A DNA stretch of 64,000 nt from Chiloscyllium plagiosum. Taxonomy: Eukaryota. The stretch covers positions 55,159,077 through 55,223,076 of the forward strand of contig NC_057719.1 of assembly GCF_004010195.1 (NCBI RefSeq), written 5' to 3'. The notes below the pieces were generated by a model. It made no database searches and was not told the DNA's origin. It saw only the letters and a list, made by a program, of their open reading frames with translations. The position numbers were made by a program, and so were the translations under genes. This document shows positions 24,001 to 36,646 of this stretch, in pieces; positions within the stretch are counted from its first letter, which is position 1; each line of letters opens with the position of its first letter.

Positions 24001-26684
24001 ACTAATGAACAACTTCTCTTACACTGAAAACTAATTTTTACAAGTCTCAATTGTCTCATGATGTTTTCATTATTGCTGGATACTTTTTAAATTGAACTTT
24101 CCGATCCATCATTCTCTATTCAGTATTATCTTTATTCTCTCTTATTATAGGTGAATTTTAATTCAATTAAAATTTCTTACTTAAAATTTTTAATTTACTA
24201 AGAATTCTTTAATTTGATTGTTTCAGGAAATATTCTGTTGTTTGCCGAGTTCACAGAAGTCCAAGATCCATGCTTGAAAGCACTTTTCAGACACCAATGA
24301 CCATGCTACTGCCCAAAAACACCTTCAAAAAGCTTGCAGCCAATTGTAAATACCAGGAATTGTAAGTGCGGCTCATTCATCACACGTCACAACATTCTAG
24401 CCATTATTTCTACTCTTGGCAAAGTAATTTTAGACTTGCCTCAGCATTTCCATTGATGCTCAGACAGGAAGAAGTCTGTCACAAATCAGTTTCTCTGTGT
24501 ATTTAATTTTAATATGCCTTTACAACAGGGAAGAATATAACAATCAGGATCTGGTAAATATTTCACCGAATTACATCTTTTAATTCAAAGTCATTGAAAA
24601 CACCAGTTCTTGATTTCTCACAAGGTTTCCTAATTTGATCTTTTCCACTGACTGATGAATTTCACAAGATTAGGAAGACTTTTACATTGCAATAGCTCAA
24701 GGCTGTTTTCTCAGACTCACTATTAAAGTTGTATCATGATAAACTCATCAGGTTTCAGGTCCCAGATGCAATATGTCTTCTTGTTCTCATTGAGTTGCTG
24801 TTGACTTTGAATGACTGGGTTAAAAATAATGACAAGATTAAGAGTTAGGACAGGGTTTAAGGTAAAGTTACTTTATGAGTGAATGTTCAATCCACTGTGG
24901 GAGACATTGTTCCAGATATATTTGCAAGGTGGCATGATAGATAAGATAGATATTAAAAAGTACTATTCATAATGCACGTTAATGATAATCAATTTCTATT
25001 TATGTTGAAATACCTTTATGTTTAAAATACATTGAAACATTAGCACATTCTTTTAAAAATTAAACCATTTCATTCAAATGCTATTTTACGATTATCATCA
25101 AATATGAAATCCTAAATGGTGCAGAGATAGGATTTGATCTTGTGAAGATGGAAGCAAATGTTATAGGGAGAAGATTGGTGTAAAGATGATAATCATTACT
25201 AATAACTATCCACCATTTAATTTGCAACTATAATAACATTTATTTACATTCCATATCCAAGTTCAGATTCAAGTTCCAGAGTGCAGAAATTAGAACTGAA
25301 TTAAATATCAATCAAGATTCAACAGGACCATGTTCTGATTGTTTGGTAAGATTTTTCTATTTTCTGAAGAAAATGCCAGAGGCAAACCATTTTAATTTTA
25401 ATTAATGAGTATGACAGAAAACCAGCTAATCACTACACATTTGCTCCTTTCACACTATTTAATCAGCTAATAAGCTACTTAGCTGATATAAATTATCACA
25501 ATAATGTTCATCTGGCTCCAGAGTTGGTAAAACTTTCTTTAATGGCTCTGTGATAAATTTGAAGAAAGAAACATTTTCCTAAGGGTCAATTCATAAGAAC
25601 TAAGAGGACATAAAAAGGGCTAGAGGAAAAAGGCAATGTGCATTAGTGGTTGATCCAATCTGAGAGATGAAGGAATTGTTCTGAGTTCACTGTGCACAAT
25701 TCCTAAGGTGGGGGCTGGGATGGCATTGAAAGGAATGATTTGGAAAAAGGGGCTGCAGTCAGGAGTATTCATACATGACCGAAATGCCAGGAAGGAAGGA
25801 AGTGACAGTGCTGTCTGGTCAAAGTTCCTCAAGCATGGAGGAGAGATGGAGAAGGAAGGGTGACAAGGGTAGCTGGCCAGTAGCAGAAATACATATTGTA
25901 TGACTACCTTGCCTTAAAAGAAAGTTCAACTTTAAGGAGTTTGTGGTTCTGTGTATACAATGTTGTAACTTTTTCTGGTAATTACTGTGCTGTGGGACTG
26001 CAGGTTGCATGCACAGAAGTCAGTTGGTTTGCTGTAATGTCTACTTTTTAATTTGAAATATCTTACTGTCTTAAATAAACTAACGCACACAGTTAATCAG
26101 TTAATTCATGCAGGAAAATTTCTCAACCATTAACATGATGTGGTAAATAGCAAGTGGTAAACATCCTGCTGATGAGTTCTATTGTAGCTGAGCGCTCAGC
26201 AAGTAAATTAATCTACAGGTGAAACACATGGTGGACAATCTTAAACCATGCTATACTGTATCAGACAATCTTCAAAATTTGAGCTCATTACAGTATTGAA
26301 AAGTATTGAAAACACAGTTTACTGGTAAGAAGCCAAATCAATATTAAATGTTTAGGGTTGATTCATTTGAGAAGGGCAAGTGATTAAGGAAGTGTGCTGG
26401 ATGCATAGAAAGCAATGAAAAGTCAAAGGTAAGTGTCAGAATATCCATAAAATTCTCAAATTTAAATTGGGACACAGGAGTTTTCCTAACAGAATTTGTA
26501 ATGTTTAAACACATTCAGTCACTAACTATATCTTATCAGAATTGGCTGTGTCATTTTTAATATGTTTCATGAAGAGTTTCTCTCCACAAGACCAAATGTT
26601 TTCTTATGCTATTCCTCAAAATCACCTCATTAACCATGTGCAGTGCCACTACAGTGCTCTGTTAGTCTGGTTCTTCCATGAAGG

Positions 26685-26790
26685 TGCTAATGAAGGGTTA
26701 TGCCAGAAACGTTGACTCTCTTGCTCCTCAGATGCTGCCTGTCCTGCTGTGCTTTTTCCTGTGCCACACTTTATCGACTCTAGCTCTCCC
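26685..26790 (+). mobile_element. Decayed PLE tail
   Basis: CTAATGAAGGGTTATGCCAGAAACGTTGACTCTCTTGCTCCTCAGATGCTGCCTG. Confidence 0.7.
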
Positions 26791-29700
26791 ACTCACCATA
26801 GGGGGAAATGCTCCCCACTGTGAGGTCATTTTGGGATTTCTGGCATTGATGTCGAATATAAAAGCTTGCTCCACATGTAGTCAAGCAAATTCAGTCCAGA
26901 GTTACACAGCACAATTTGTGACATTTGCCCCGAGTATTGTAAGACAAAGGAAAATTGGCTTGCCATTTTTGAAACAGCGACCTATAGAGTCTGGTGAATG
27001 TGGTAGTGCAGAGGAGGGTCATCTTTGACCCAGGACTGGCAGTGGAAGGCCCACTCATTCTGTCTGCTCCCTCACATTCATTCTATGTCTGCGACTGGTC
27101 CCACCTCAACTAAGACTCACTGGCCTCACTATTGCATGCAACATCTTCCTTCACTCACTGTCCACGTCAATACAAAGAAGAGAAAGAAGATTCTCAAAAG
27201 TTATAGGCCACATTAGAAAATGAGTTCAGATTCAGACAAATCTTTTGTATTGATCGATCACATTTAGACAAAACACTATAAAACCTATTGACTACTACAA
27301 GAATAGATGTGGAGAAAAATGCTCATTAGGTGCTTTAACAAACAGGATTGTTGAATTGGTGAGTACATCTTCCCCGATAGAAGCTTTCCAGAAGAAGTTG
27401 CTATACAACCCAGAGACTTATAGTGTCAATGAGTATTTGAAGAAGGATGCAAGCACAAATTGCTCCTCGCAGTTTGAAGGTTGCAGGTCCTAATGAAAAT
27501 GCAACAGTTAATACAATCACTGGAGTATCCAAATATAGCACGACATGTAGAAGAGATAGCCTTCTGTATTAAACAGGAAGGTGCCCAGCTTTTAAGCAAT
27601 TTTGCAAACATGTCACAGAACAGACCATTGGCAGAGGCAGTGCACTAGAGTAAAGAATGATGCAACTGCACAAGTCATGCATAGTTATCAGATGAGGTGC
27701 AAGGAGTCTATTTGTGACAATAAAGATTACCAGGCATCCAATCAGAAAGATATAAATGAACTGATCAACATACCAGAATCTGTAAATGTTTGCAACAAGA
27801 CAGAATGGTGAACATTAATTTCACACTGTAAATCTCATGGAAAACATGGAAGTTATCATATTGTCTAATTTGTTTGCAACCATTCAAATGATCTGTTCTA
27901 CAAAAACTATTGATTGCTGGCTAAGACTGACACTGGGGCAATATATTACCAGCGAAAACTTCAAAAAAAGCATATATCCGCAGAAATGGCCAGGTCTGCT
28001 GTACCATACTCTTTTAAACCACCTAACAGCAGCTCGATCCTGATCAGCATTCACCTCTGATGTGATCTGACATCCTGCTCTGGGCCTCTGACTTACCAGA
28101 ACTCCTGCTATTCATCTGTTAAATGGCTGGAAGGCACTTTATCATGGCAACACCATAGGGCTTGGTCGGAGTGGATGCACTAACTGGTTCTGCTTCTATT
28201 CAATGTCACTAATCCAGATAGCATAACATTGCCCCCTATATTTCACCATCCTATATCTTTTAATATCTTCAGTTAATGAAAAGTTATCAATCTTTCATTT
28301 AAAATTGCTTATTATTTCCCAAAGAATGTTTCAAACTTCTCGATCTTTTGTTGAAAGAAGTTTTTCTCCCTTCAAGGTCTGGCTCTAATTTATAGACTAT
28401 GCCCTGTCATTTTTACTGTCAAACCAGCATAAATAGATTCTCTTCACCTACACTCCCTGTTTCCTTAATATCTTCAAAACATCATAAGATCTTCAGATGT
28501 GTGTGAGACAATCCTCAAGTGGTTAAAAACACTTGTAGAAGTTATGAAAAGTAATCTGGTATGAAAACTGATGTCACACCACTCAATATGCTCTTCTAAT
28601 GGCAAAAATGTTCCAGAAGGTAAAAGAAATATCATGTCCGAGTGATATAATCAAGGTGAAACAAGTCAAATTTCAGTCTGATAAAAAAATCTTCTGATCC
28701 ATTGCCAGATCTGAGCACTGGAGATCCAATCAACACTCTCCATAAATCTCAACCCAAATGACAGCTTGGGTTCCATTTAAAACAGTTGCAACCTCAGTCA
28801 TATGTAGTGGAAGTAAATGACTAGATATTCCATCATAAGCATGGGTACTTAGACACAATAGCTCGTGGGCTGCAGGAATTATTCATTGCCTTCAGAGTCC
28901 ACATAGGAAGTTAAAATTCCACACAGGGGTCAGTTCCATGCGTTGCTTTTCTTTCAGGACACAATGGGGACTCAAGCGTTAAACATCCCTCAGCCTAAGG
29001 ACTTACTGCAGTATCAATTAAAGTCCTCCACTCTTACAATCCAGATAGAAAACCTCAATAGAAAGGAGGCTGATTGTATCTTAAAAATAGAACCTAGTAT
29101 AGCCACACATGTCAATTCCCCTGTAGCTCCAGACAGAGGAATTTGCCCTTTCCAGACAAGACTGATAGTTCTGGCCACAACCCTGTTAAAATGCCTCCCA
29201 CTCCCATTGTCTCACTTCCCCTCCATATTAGCGTAGGTATGTGAATCCTCCATTTACTGAAGTAAGAACCCTTCTGCCTTAATCTCTTCCCATCAAGGCA
29301 CAATCACGAACAATACGAATATTAGTTTCTGTAATCCATTCACACGTTATCACAGGACATCGACATTCATCAAGCTTTGTAAATTCATAATTACCTACTT
29401 TAAAATTTGTAATGACAAATGCCCATGTGACTGATATATCTTTGTTTAATTCCTATATAATATAATGTCTCTGTGTGTAAGGCAGAGATTTGTGAAGAAG
29501 AGTCACTACAAATAGACAGTCGGCTACTTTAGAGACGCTTTGAATCTCTCGCCAGCTGTCCGATAATAAAGCTACTGCTGTTGTACGGAAAACTTGTGTC
29601 GTCCGGATTTGTGGAATAAAGCAGACATCAACACACAGATCAGCCATCAGACTCAGAGGTCCACAGCAACCCAGCTAGGAAATGGAACAACAATAAGTAA

Positions 29701-29884
29701 CAATAAATGACACGGGAATGACACTCATCAGTGAAGGAATATTACCCAGATGAACAGCCAACAACAACAAACATTCATGCCATTAAAAGATGAAATATGT
29801 AATGCATAAGCAGAAACTGATGACAATAATAAACTGGTAATGCATGAGAACCTAATCACGTACAAAAGTCCTTCCTTGTCTGTT

Positions 29885-29965
29885 AGAGCGGCACTGTGAA
29901 AGCTAGTACTTCCAAATAAGCCTGTTGGACTATAACCTGGTGTTGTTTGATTTTTAACTTTGTTA
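29885..29965 (+). mobile_element. Short repeat, probably the tail of another PLE family
   Basis: GAAAGCTAGTACTTCCAAATAAGCCTGTTGGACTATAACCTGGTGTTG, recognised from memory as an abundant shark repeat tail. Confidence 0.55.
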
Positions 29966-32900
29966 TAATCAAGTTCTACCATGAAGCAAACATGGTTGCC
30001 ATGTTATGGATGCATCAATAAAGAATTTATTCTGACGAGACTGCTGCTGACCTGTTTTTATGTTGCTGAGTCAGCAATTGGGAAATGCATTGGCGTAGCA
30101 GAATGATGCTACAGAATTTCCATTGACCACAATACCGAAGATAACAGTGCTCACTGCTATTTTTGTGAGAACTGAAACAGCAACTTCAGGTGATGGCCAG
30201 ATACACAGTTGCATGAAAATATGCAAATAGTAATGTCCAAAGCGTGTAGGTCCATAGTTAACTTTGCAACTCCCCCTTGTTTCCTTTATATATGTGGAAA
30301 TTCTGTGTTTGCCTTTGAAATCAATGCAAAACTTTATGTCCATTCTGGCTTTAATATCCTTTAAGCAACATGATTAATATTGAGTACTTCCAATCTATCT
30401 CTCCGACTCTGGGATTAAACGGTTGAGAATGTAGAATCTTATTCATTTAACGTTTACATATCTGAAAATCTTATTGGTAAGAAACAATCCTGTTGGTTGC
30501 TCCCTTTTCTTAGGTCTCCAGTGATATTTCTTACTTTGTGCCCTTACCAGTTCACAAGTCCAGCAACTGGGACAGCAAATGTTCTTTGGACTGAAAGGTG
30601 CAAGAATGAGTCTAGCTCATGGTAAATGCTATTAAGTACAGTGTTATACCAAATCCTGGCCTTTTAATTACTCCCTTCAGTGTTCTCCATGCTCCTTCAG
30701 GTCGATGTTCAATCATTATTTAATTCCACCCAACAATATGGATTTCTCGATATAAATAATGTTTCACACTAATTTTACTTGCACAATGCATCTCATTTTA
30801 ATACTATGTGTTTTGTTGGAACATAATTATAACAGTTATTCTGTATCTAGAATATTTCAAATGCTGTCATATCAATTCCATTGTGCATCTTCTTAATAAT
30901 TGTCTTCAGGGAAATACATGAAATGTCAATCAGAAAAGAAATTGTACTCATCTGCCGTATGGTCTTAGAACATTTCATATAAATGTACTTTAATACCAAA
31001 AATATAGTAACTAGTTCTTTGAAAAATATGCTGTACAATTCAGAATTTTTTTTATTATCATGTTCAAATGTCTTTTCCTCCTTGAATCTTATGCAAATTA
31101 TCTGATGATATTGTTAATGTGTGTGACAGCAATGTGCCACATTTAGCCTAACTGTCTATTCCAATGAATAGTTATAGCATGCAGATTTCCTAATCTCACA
31201 GTCCAGAATCATAACTAAACATTTGAATGGAAAGTTAATAAGTCCTTCTTGGGGAAAGAAGAACACTTTAGAGTCTGGCAATTCTGTAATTTGTCAATTC
31301 TGTTCCACAAATTTAGACAGCAATCAACCTACAGCATGTCAGAATTATTTAATGGGTACTACTGCAATAAGCTTTCTAAATGACTAATATCCTTAGACAT
31401 CTGTGAAAATAAATGGCCGGTGAACACTCAAAACATTGTTTACTGTGAACTTGTCAATAAGCTTACTGGGGCTATTTCATTAAATAATTGTTTCCATTTA
31501 CACACACACACATAAATCATTAGTTGAATAAAAATAATTTAAAATTTGGGTTTTGGCTCCAGTGATAATATTATATCAAAGCTACATGAGATCATAATAT
31601 GAATCAAGATGGTCCAGTTGGAAACTGTGTTTGTCAAGAGTAAGGATGAAGGATAATGTTGGACAACATGGTAGGTCCAATCAAAGTCTTAGCAGCACAT
31701 AAGATGCAATGTTCAAGTAACCAGTTATCACAATAAAAGAATAAACAATTCAAGAGTAATAAAATACAATATATTACATGTAAAGAAATGAAGCAGTGCA
31801 TGTTGCCAAGTGTCAGTGAATGAGAATGAGTGGGAAGAGATTCCTCATCGAGTCTCTGTTGTTTCAAGACAAAACTGCAGATGCTGCCTGACAGAAAGCG
31901 TGAACATTGGTTTATTGTAATCTATGTTTTAAATTTGTGGTATCCAGTATTTCTTTTTCTTTAAAAAATACTGAACACCAGTGGTGACCATAAAAAGAAA
32001 GCTTTAAGTGTATATGACCAGTTCTCTCCAAAACATTTCAAATACAATCACTGAGAATGAATCAGTTTGAAGTGTGCAATAATTATGTAAGTGCTAGCAT
32101 ACATTCAAGAAAACACTGATAAAAATGCATGTTACCTATGCATGTTATTATTATCATCACAAAATATCACTTTGCAATTTTTCTGACTAATTAAGAATGA
32201 AGTACTTCAGTTTTCTAACTGTAATGTGCACCTTCCTTGTATTAGTCTTCTCCATGTAGAGCTATAGGCCATGATTAAAACCAGCATTGTTTCAATACCC
32301 ACGAAATGAACTTTTTATTTCTACATTAGATATGAAAGTATTTTAATGGGTTGTTTTTAGTTTCTATTATTACAGTTAGATGCTCTTGTGTTTCCACAGG
32401 AATGTCACTGGCTGCAAGCTTTTAAGAATGCCCAAGGTCATAAGTTTCTTGGTTCAATTGGCAAAGCTCCTTAAATTCTTTGAAGATTATAGGATTAAAG
32501 GACCATTTTGAAGAAATATAAATTTTATTCATTAAAATTGCATTGTAAATGAGCTGTTCTGTGTCATACATGCAATAAAGATCTGGCATGGGTTCAGTAT
32601 GTTTTTAAATTCAGAAATGAATATTTTTTCAAGTCCATGCATTAAGCATGAAGATTCCTATATTGTCAGTTCATGTCACGTACTCACATCAGATCACTGA
32701 TGATAGTTTCAAAAGAGCAAATTAATTCAAGCTGTTGGCCAAGAATACTATCCATTACATTGCATTCTTGAACTTAGCCCCTTTCATCCATGAAATTAGA
32801 AGCCTCACTCCTCTTTTCCTTCCTCCTCCTACCTCATACATTTCAAGAGAATTTAGAAATGCCGTATGAATCATCAAGAAATATTGAATTTTGAAACAGA

Positions 32901-33190
32901 TGTGCCTTAGAGTTGATTTTGAAATCTGAAAGTTTAGGAATATTCACAGTGATCCTCCTTGAATTAGATGCTGCATTTCTAATTAGAATTCTGGTCCCCT
33001 TTAATTTTTTGAGAAGCACAGAAAACATTTTTACTCATTTAGCAGCTCACAATAAAGTCTGTTTTCTGAAAATAACGTTAAAAAAATTATGGGCTACAAG
33101 TGCTAAAGTAAAAAAAAGCTTTAAAAAACAGGGTTGAAACTTTATTGCTGGAACAGCACAGCAGGTCAGGCAGCATCCAGGGAACAGGAG

Positions 33191-33226
33191 ATTCGACGTT
33201 TCGGGCACAGGCCCTTCTTCAGGAAT
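33191..33226 (-). ncRNA. Minimal type-I hammerhead ribozyme motif (PLE-associated)
   Basis: Minus strand AUUC-CUGAAGA-A-GGGC-CUGU-GCCC-GAAAC-GUC-GAAU: core intact, stem I AUUC/GAAU, stem II GGGC/GCCC, palindromic ACGU in place of stem III. Confidence 0.7.
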
Positions 33227-33493
33227 GAGCAGAGAGTGTTCAGCAGGAGAAGATAAAAGGTAGGGAGGAGGGACTTGGAGGAGGGGAGTTGGAAATGTGA
33301 TAGGTGGAAAGAGGTCAAGGTGAGGGTGATAGGTCGGAGTAGGATGGAGGCGGAGAGGTCAACAAGAAGACTGCAGGTCAGGAAGGCGACGTGGTCGACG
33401 GTGCCCTCCACCGCATCTCCTCCACTTCCAACTCCCCTCCTCCAAGTCCCTCCTCCCTACCTTTTATCTTCTCCTGCTGAACACTCTCTGCTC

Positions 33494-33529
33494 ATTCCTG
33501 AAGAAGGGCCTGTGCCCGAAACGTTGAAT
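33494..33529 (+). ncRNA. Minimal hammerhead motif, mirror copy (GUU triplet)
   Basis: ATTC-CTGAAGA-A-GGGC-CTGT-GCCC-GAAAC-GTT-GAAT. Confidence 0.6.
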
Positions 33530-34149
33530 CTCCTGTTCCCTGGATGCTGCCTGACCTGCTGTGCTGTTCCAGCAATAAAGTTTCAACTTTGATCTCCAGC
33601 ATCTGCAGACCTCACTTTCTCCTTTAAAAAACAGGACCAAACTTCAAGATAAATGTGCATTGCCAGTGCTGTAATTCTGGATGTCAGAGGGCAACACATT
33701 ATTTATAGCAGCCAATTTTAAAATAACCCTATCAAAATATTTTCACAATTCAGATTTGGCACCTGTACCATGACAAGATAAAAGCACTTTAAGTTCTTGT
33801 TGCAGTATATATTGTATAAATTAGTGATGGAATCCAGTTCTCTCATCCATTAGATAGAGCACAAACAATAGCTAGAGGCTAATTGTTAATCATATGTCAT
33901 GCTATCCTATTTATGTGAAACAGTGCATGCTTTGGTACAGAAGGAGTTCTTACAGAATTAATCCTGGCTATAATAGACAAGATCTTCATCACCTCCCACC
34001 CAACATCCCAATCAACTCCAGTTTAATCTCTTGCCACGGATTTAGGCTCACAGCAATCCAACAGAAAAAAAGCAGCAAGAAATGAAGTCAGACAAAAGTC
34101 AAGTATCACAATCGCAAACAAAGTAGGAATGAGGGGAGTTGACAGGGCA

Positions 34150-35325
34150 GAAGGAATAGACCAAACATCTCTGCAGAATCCTGAGAAACATCGGCCCTCA
34201 TTGCCCTGTTGCCTTGTGATTGTTGCTGAGCTAAATCTGTGCACATTACCAGCGGGCACTGAGTGTGCCACATTTGGCTTTCCATGGCAGTTGCCAACCT
34301 GTCCATGGAGGTAGCTGGACACTTGCATGTCAGACTCAGCATGATGCAAACTGTGTTGGTGGAGTGTTCCAGTCTTCAGATCTGTTTGGCAAAAGCTCAG
34401 ACAAATCTGTCTGCTACTCCTGGGTCTGTTTGTACATTTGGATAAAATTGTTAATCGTTGACGCTATGGGGTGCCTGAGGCTGAGCAGGTTCCTGGTCTC
34501 TGGCAAGTCTCTGAGTGCCAGTGACCTGGGCTGTTTCCTCCTCCACCAGTTGTGCAGATACATTGTGCTCACGTGCATGTGCTCCTGATGCTAATCTAAC
34601 TAAAAGACCCACTGAGATTTCAGTATCTGACCTGATGCAGGAGGCAGTCTAGCTGGTGTACTCTCTGAGGGATCTATAGCCCATTCCTCAGTGGTGAAGA
34701 ATGGGTTGACTTGTGGGACCACCCTCTTGATGGTGCAAACTATGCAGATTCTATCATTGCCTTCAGGAGATAAAAGAAAGAATGACTCAGGAAATAGGGG
34801 TAGAAATTCTACAATGCAAAGAGGTCATTTACAGTGTGGTAAAGGGAAAGGAGCACAGCAATAGGCAATGATTCTTACTCTGGACATGGAGGTTTTGTCA
34901 TCACTAATGGAATGGTCACAGACTTCCCCAGCTCGGGGCAGGGTCCTCTCCTGTCACAGGGAATGTTGGGCATATCTCGGCTGGTTCAGCCGCATCCAGG
35001 GCTGTTTTCTCCTGGAATGGAACAAAGGGAGAGATTGAGTGAGGTGAAAGTGAGTGGCACAGCAGTTAATGGAGATGGGGAATAAGTGGTGAGGTGGCCA
35101 GAGTGAGTGAAAATGCAGCACCGAGGAGATGCTGAGTTTAATATTCCAGAGGGCGCACGGTGAGTGAAAGTTAGAGAGAGAAGATACTTTGTGCAATAGT
35201 CAGAGCAGGAGAGCATGAGCTTTGGTCGGAGGTATATGCAGTAGCAGTGACAGGGTATGTGTGAGGTAGCAGAAAAGAAGATGGTGTCCCTTACCATCAC
35301 TGAGCATAGAAGTTCATTGATCTAC
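34150..35325 (-). mobile_element. Decayed Harbinger-type Myb/SANT-like gene relic with introns
   Basis: Minus strand ...NELLCSVM|gtaag (about 35295-35320), acceptor ttccag|EKTA (about 35012), second gtaag near 34875, and SMDRLATAMESQ (ORF 34106-34342). This resembles Harbinger DNA-binding ORFs. Confidence 0.5.
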
Positions 35326-35364
35326 CATCCCCTGAGAATAAGAACAGGAAGCAACTTCAGCACA

Positions 35365-35520
35365 AGAAATAACATCACCACAGGAAATGACATCACCAAC
35401 CAAAAGAAACCCAAACATATAAATAGAAATCAGAAATTTTCAGCAGTGCTTTGCCTGAGGCCCACTGAAGATGTTACCTAGTAGGGTGACAAAACATCTG
35501 GAAATGAACCTTCCAGAGAA
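35365..35520 (+). mobile_element. PLE tail with a decayed hammerhead motif
   Basis: CCA-CTGAAGA-TGTTACCTAGTAGGGTGAC-AAAAC-ATC-TGG at 35462-35501; same layout as 38888-38927. Confidence 0.7.
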
Positions 35521-36105
35521 CAGCATGAAAAATCTCCTGGAGAGAAACTCTCCATCAAAATCACCAAAGTTGACAATTGGTTTATTTCTTTTAGAATTCA
35601 GTTCCCTGAGATTTTGTTTATAAGCTGATAAAAAGACTCTGGGAGATGGTGAAATATAGTGACAATGGACTTCTAATTTAGCAGCTCAGGCAAATACACT
35701 AAGATTATGGATGCAAATCCTAACAAAAATTGGTAGAATTTACGTCTAATTCATAAAATCTGGAATTAAATATCTGTCTTGAAAGCCTAATGAATGAGCC
35801 ACAAAACCACACATAATAAAATATAAAGAGATGCATTCACTAGACTATTGGTTGTCTCATAGGATGTGGGTATTGGGCATGGCTGTGGATAGAGACAAAC
35901 TGAAAAGTTTGACTTGGAGAAAGGCTTTGGCAGCAAAGTGGAAGAAGAGGTAAAACATTGCCAAGAAAAAATGAATCTATATTGATAACGTGAGATTTCA
36001 TAAAATGTATAGCATGGAAATGGACTATTTGGTCCAACTAGTTAATGATGGTATTTACACTCCATACAAATTTCCTCCCAATTAATCTGCTACATCTTAC
36101 CCTTT

Positions 36106-36646
36106 CAAAGACAAAGTACTGTGGGTGCTGTAATTCTGAAATGAAATGAAAGGTGGTTAACTTCACATTCTAATTCTGTTCTTTTCTTCATAGACGCTAA
36201 CGAACTTTCTGAGTATTTACAGAATTTTTTGTTGTTAGTCCCTAAATGAAGGTAGTTACGAATAAATCTGAAACAGAAATAAAGACAAATTCCTTTTGTC
36301 AGGGTGGTTAGGAACTGGGACTTGCTACCACACAAAGGGTCTGAGATCTCTTACATTTCTCCCATCCACTAAACAAATTTATTTTGGAAACTTCTGAGCA
36401 ACTCATCTCAGACCCTTTGTGTGGTAGCAAGTCCCAGTTCCTAACCACCCTGACAAAAGGAATTTGTCTTTATTTCTGTTTCAGATTTATTCGTAACTAC
36501 CTTCATTTAGGGACTAACAACAAAAAATTCTGTAAATACTCAGAAAGTTCGTTAGCGTCTATGAAGAAAAGAACAGAATTAGAATGTGAAGTTAACCACC
36601 TTTCATTTCATTTCAGAATTACAGCACCCACAGTACTTTGTCTTTG
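36106..36646. repeat. 242-bp inverted repeat of non-TE sequence with a 57-bp spacer
   Basis: 36106-36347 is the reverse complement of 36405-36646; ORFs 36105-36335(-) and 36384-36698(+) give the same 75-residue translation. Confidence 0.97.

Larger units (their letters stand above)
33133..33621 (+). mobile_element. Young PLE 3' fragment with an inverted terminal-repeat copy (fold-back) and a 14-bp TSD
   Basis: Inverted arms 33133-33294 and 33426-33587 (162 bp, about one mismatch seen); CTTTAAAAAACAGG at 33119-33132 and 33622-33635. Confidence 0.9.

Noticed and set aside
30071..30343. 90-aa minus-strand ORF
   Set aside because: No recognisable homology or splice context.
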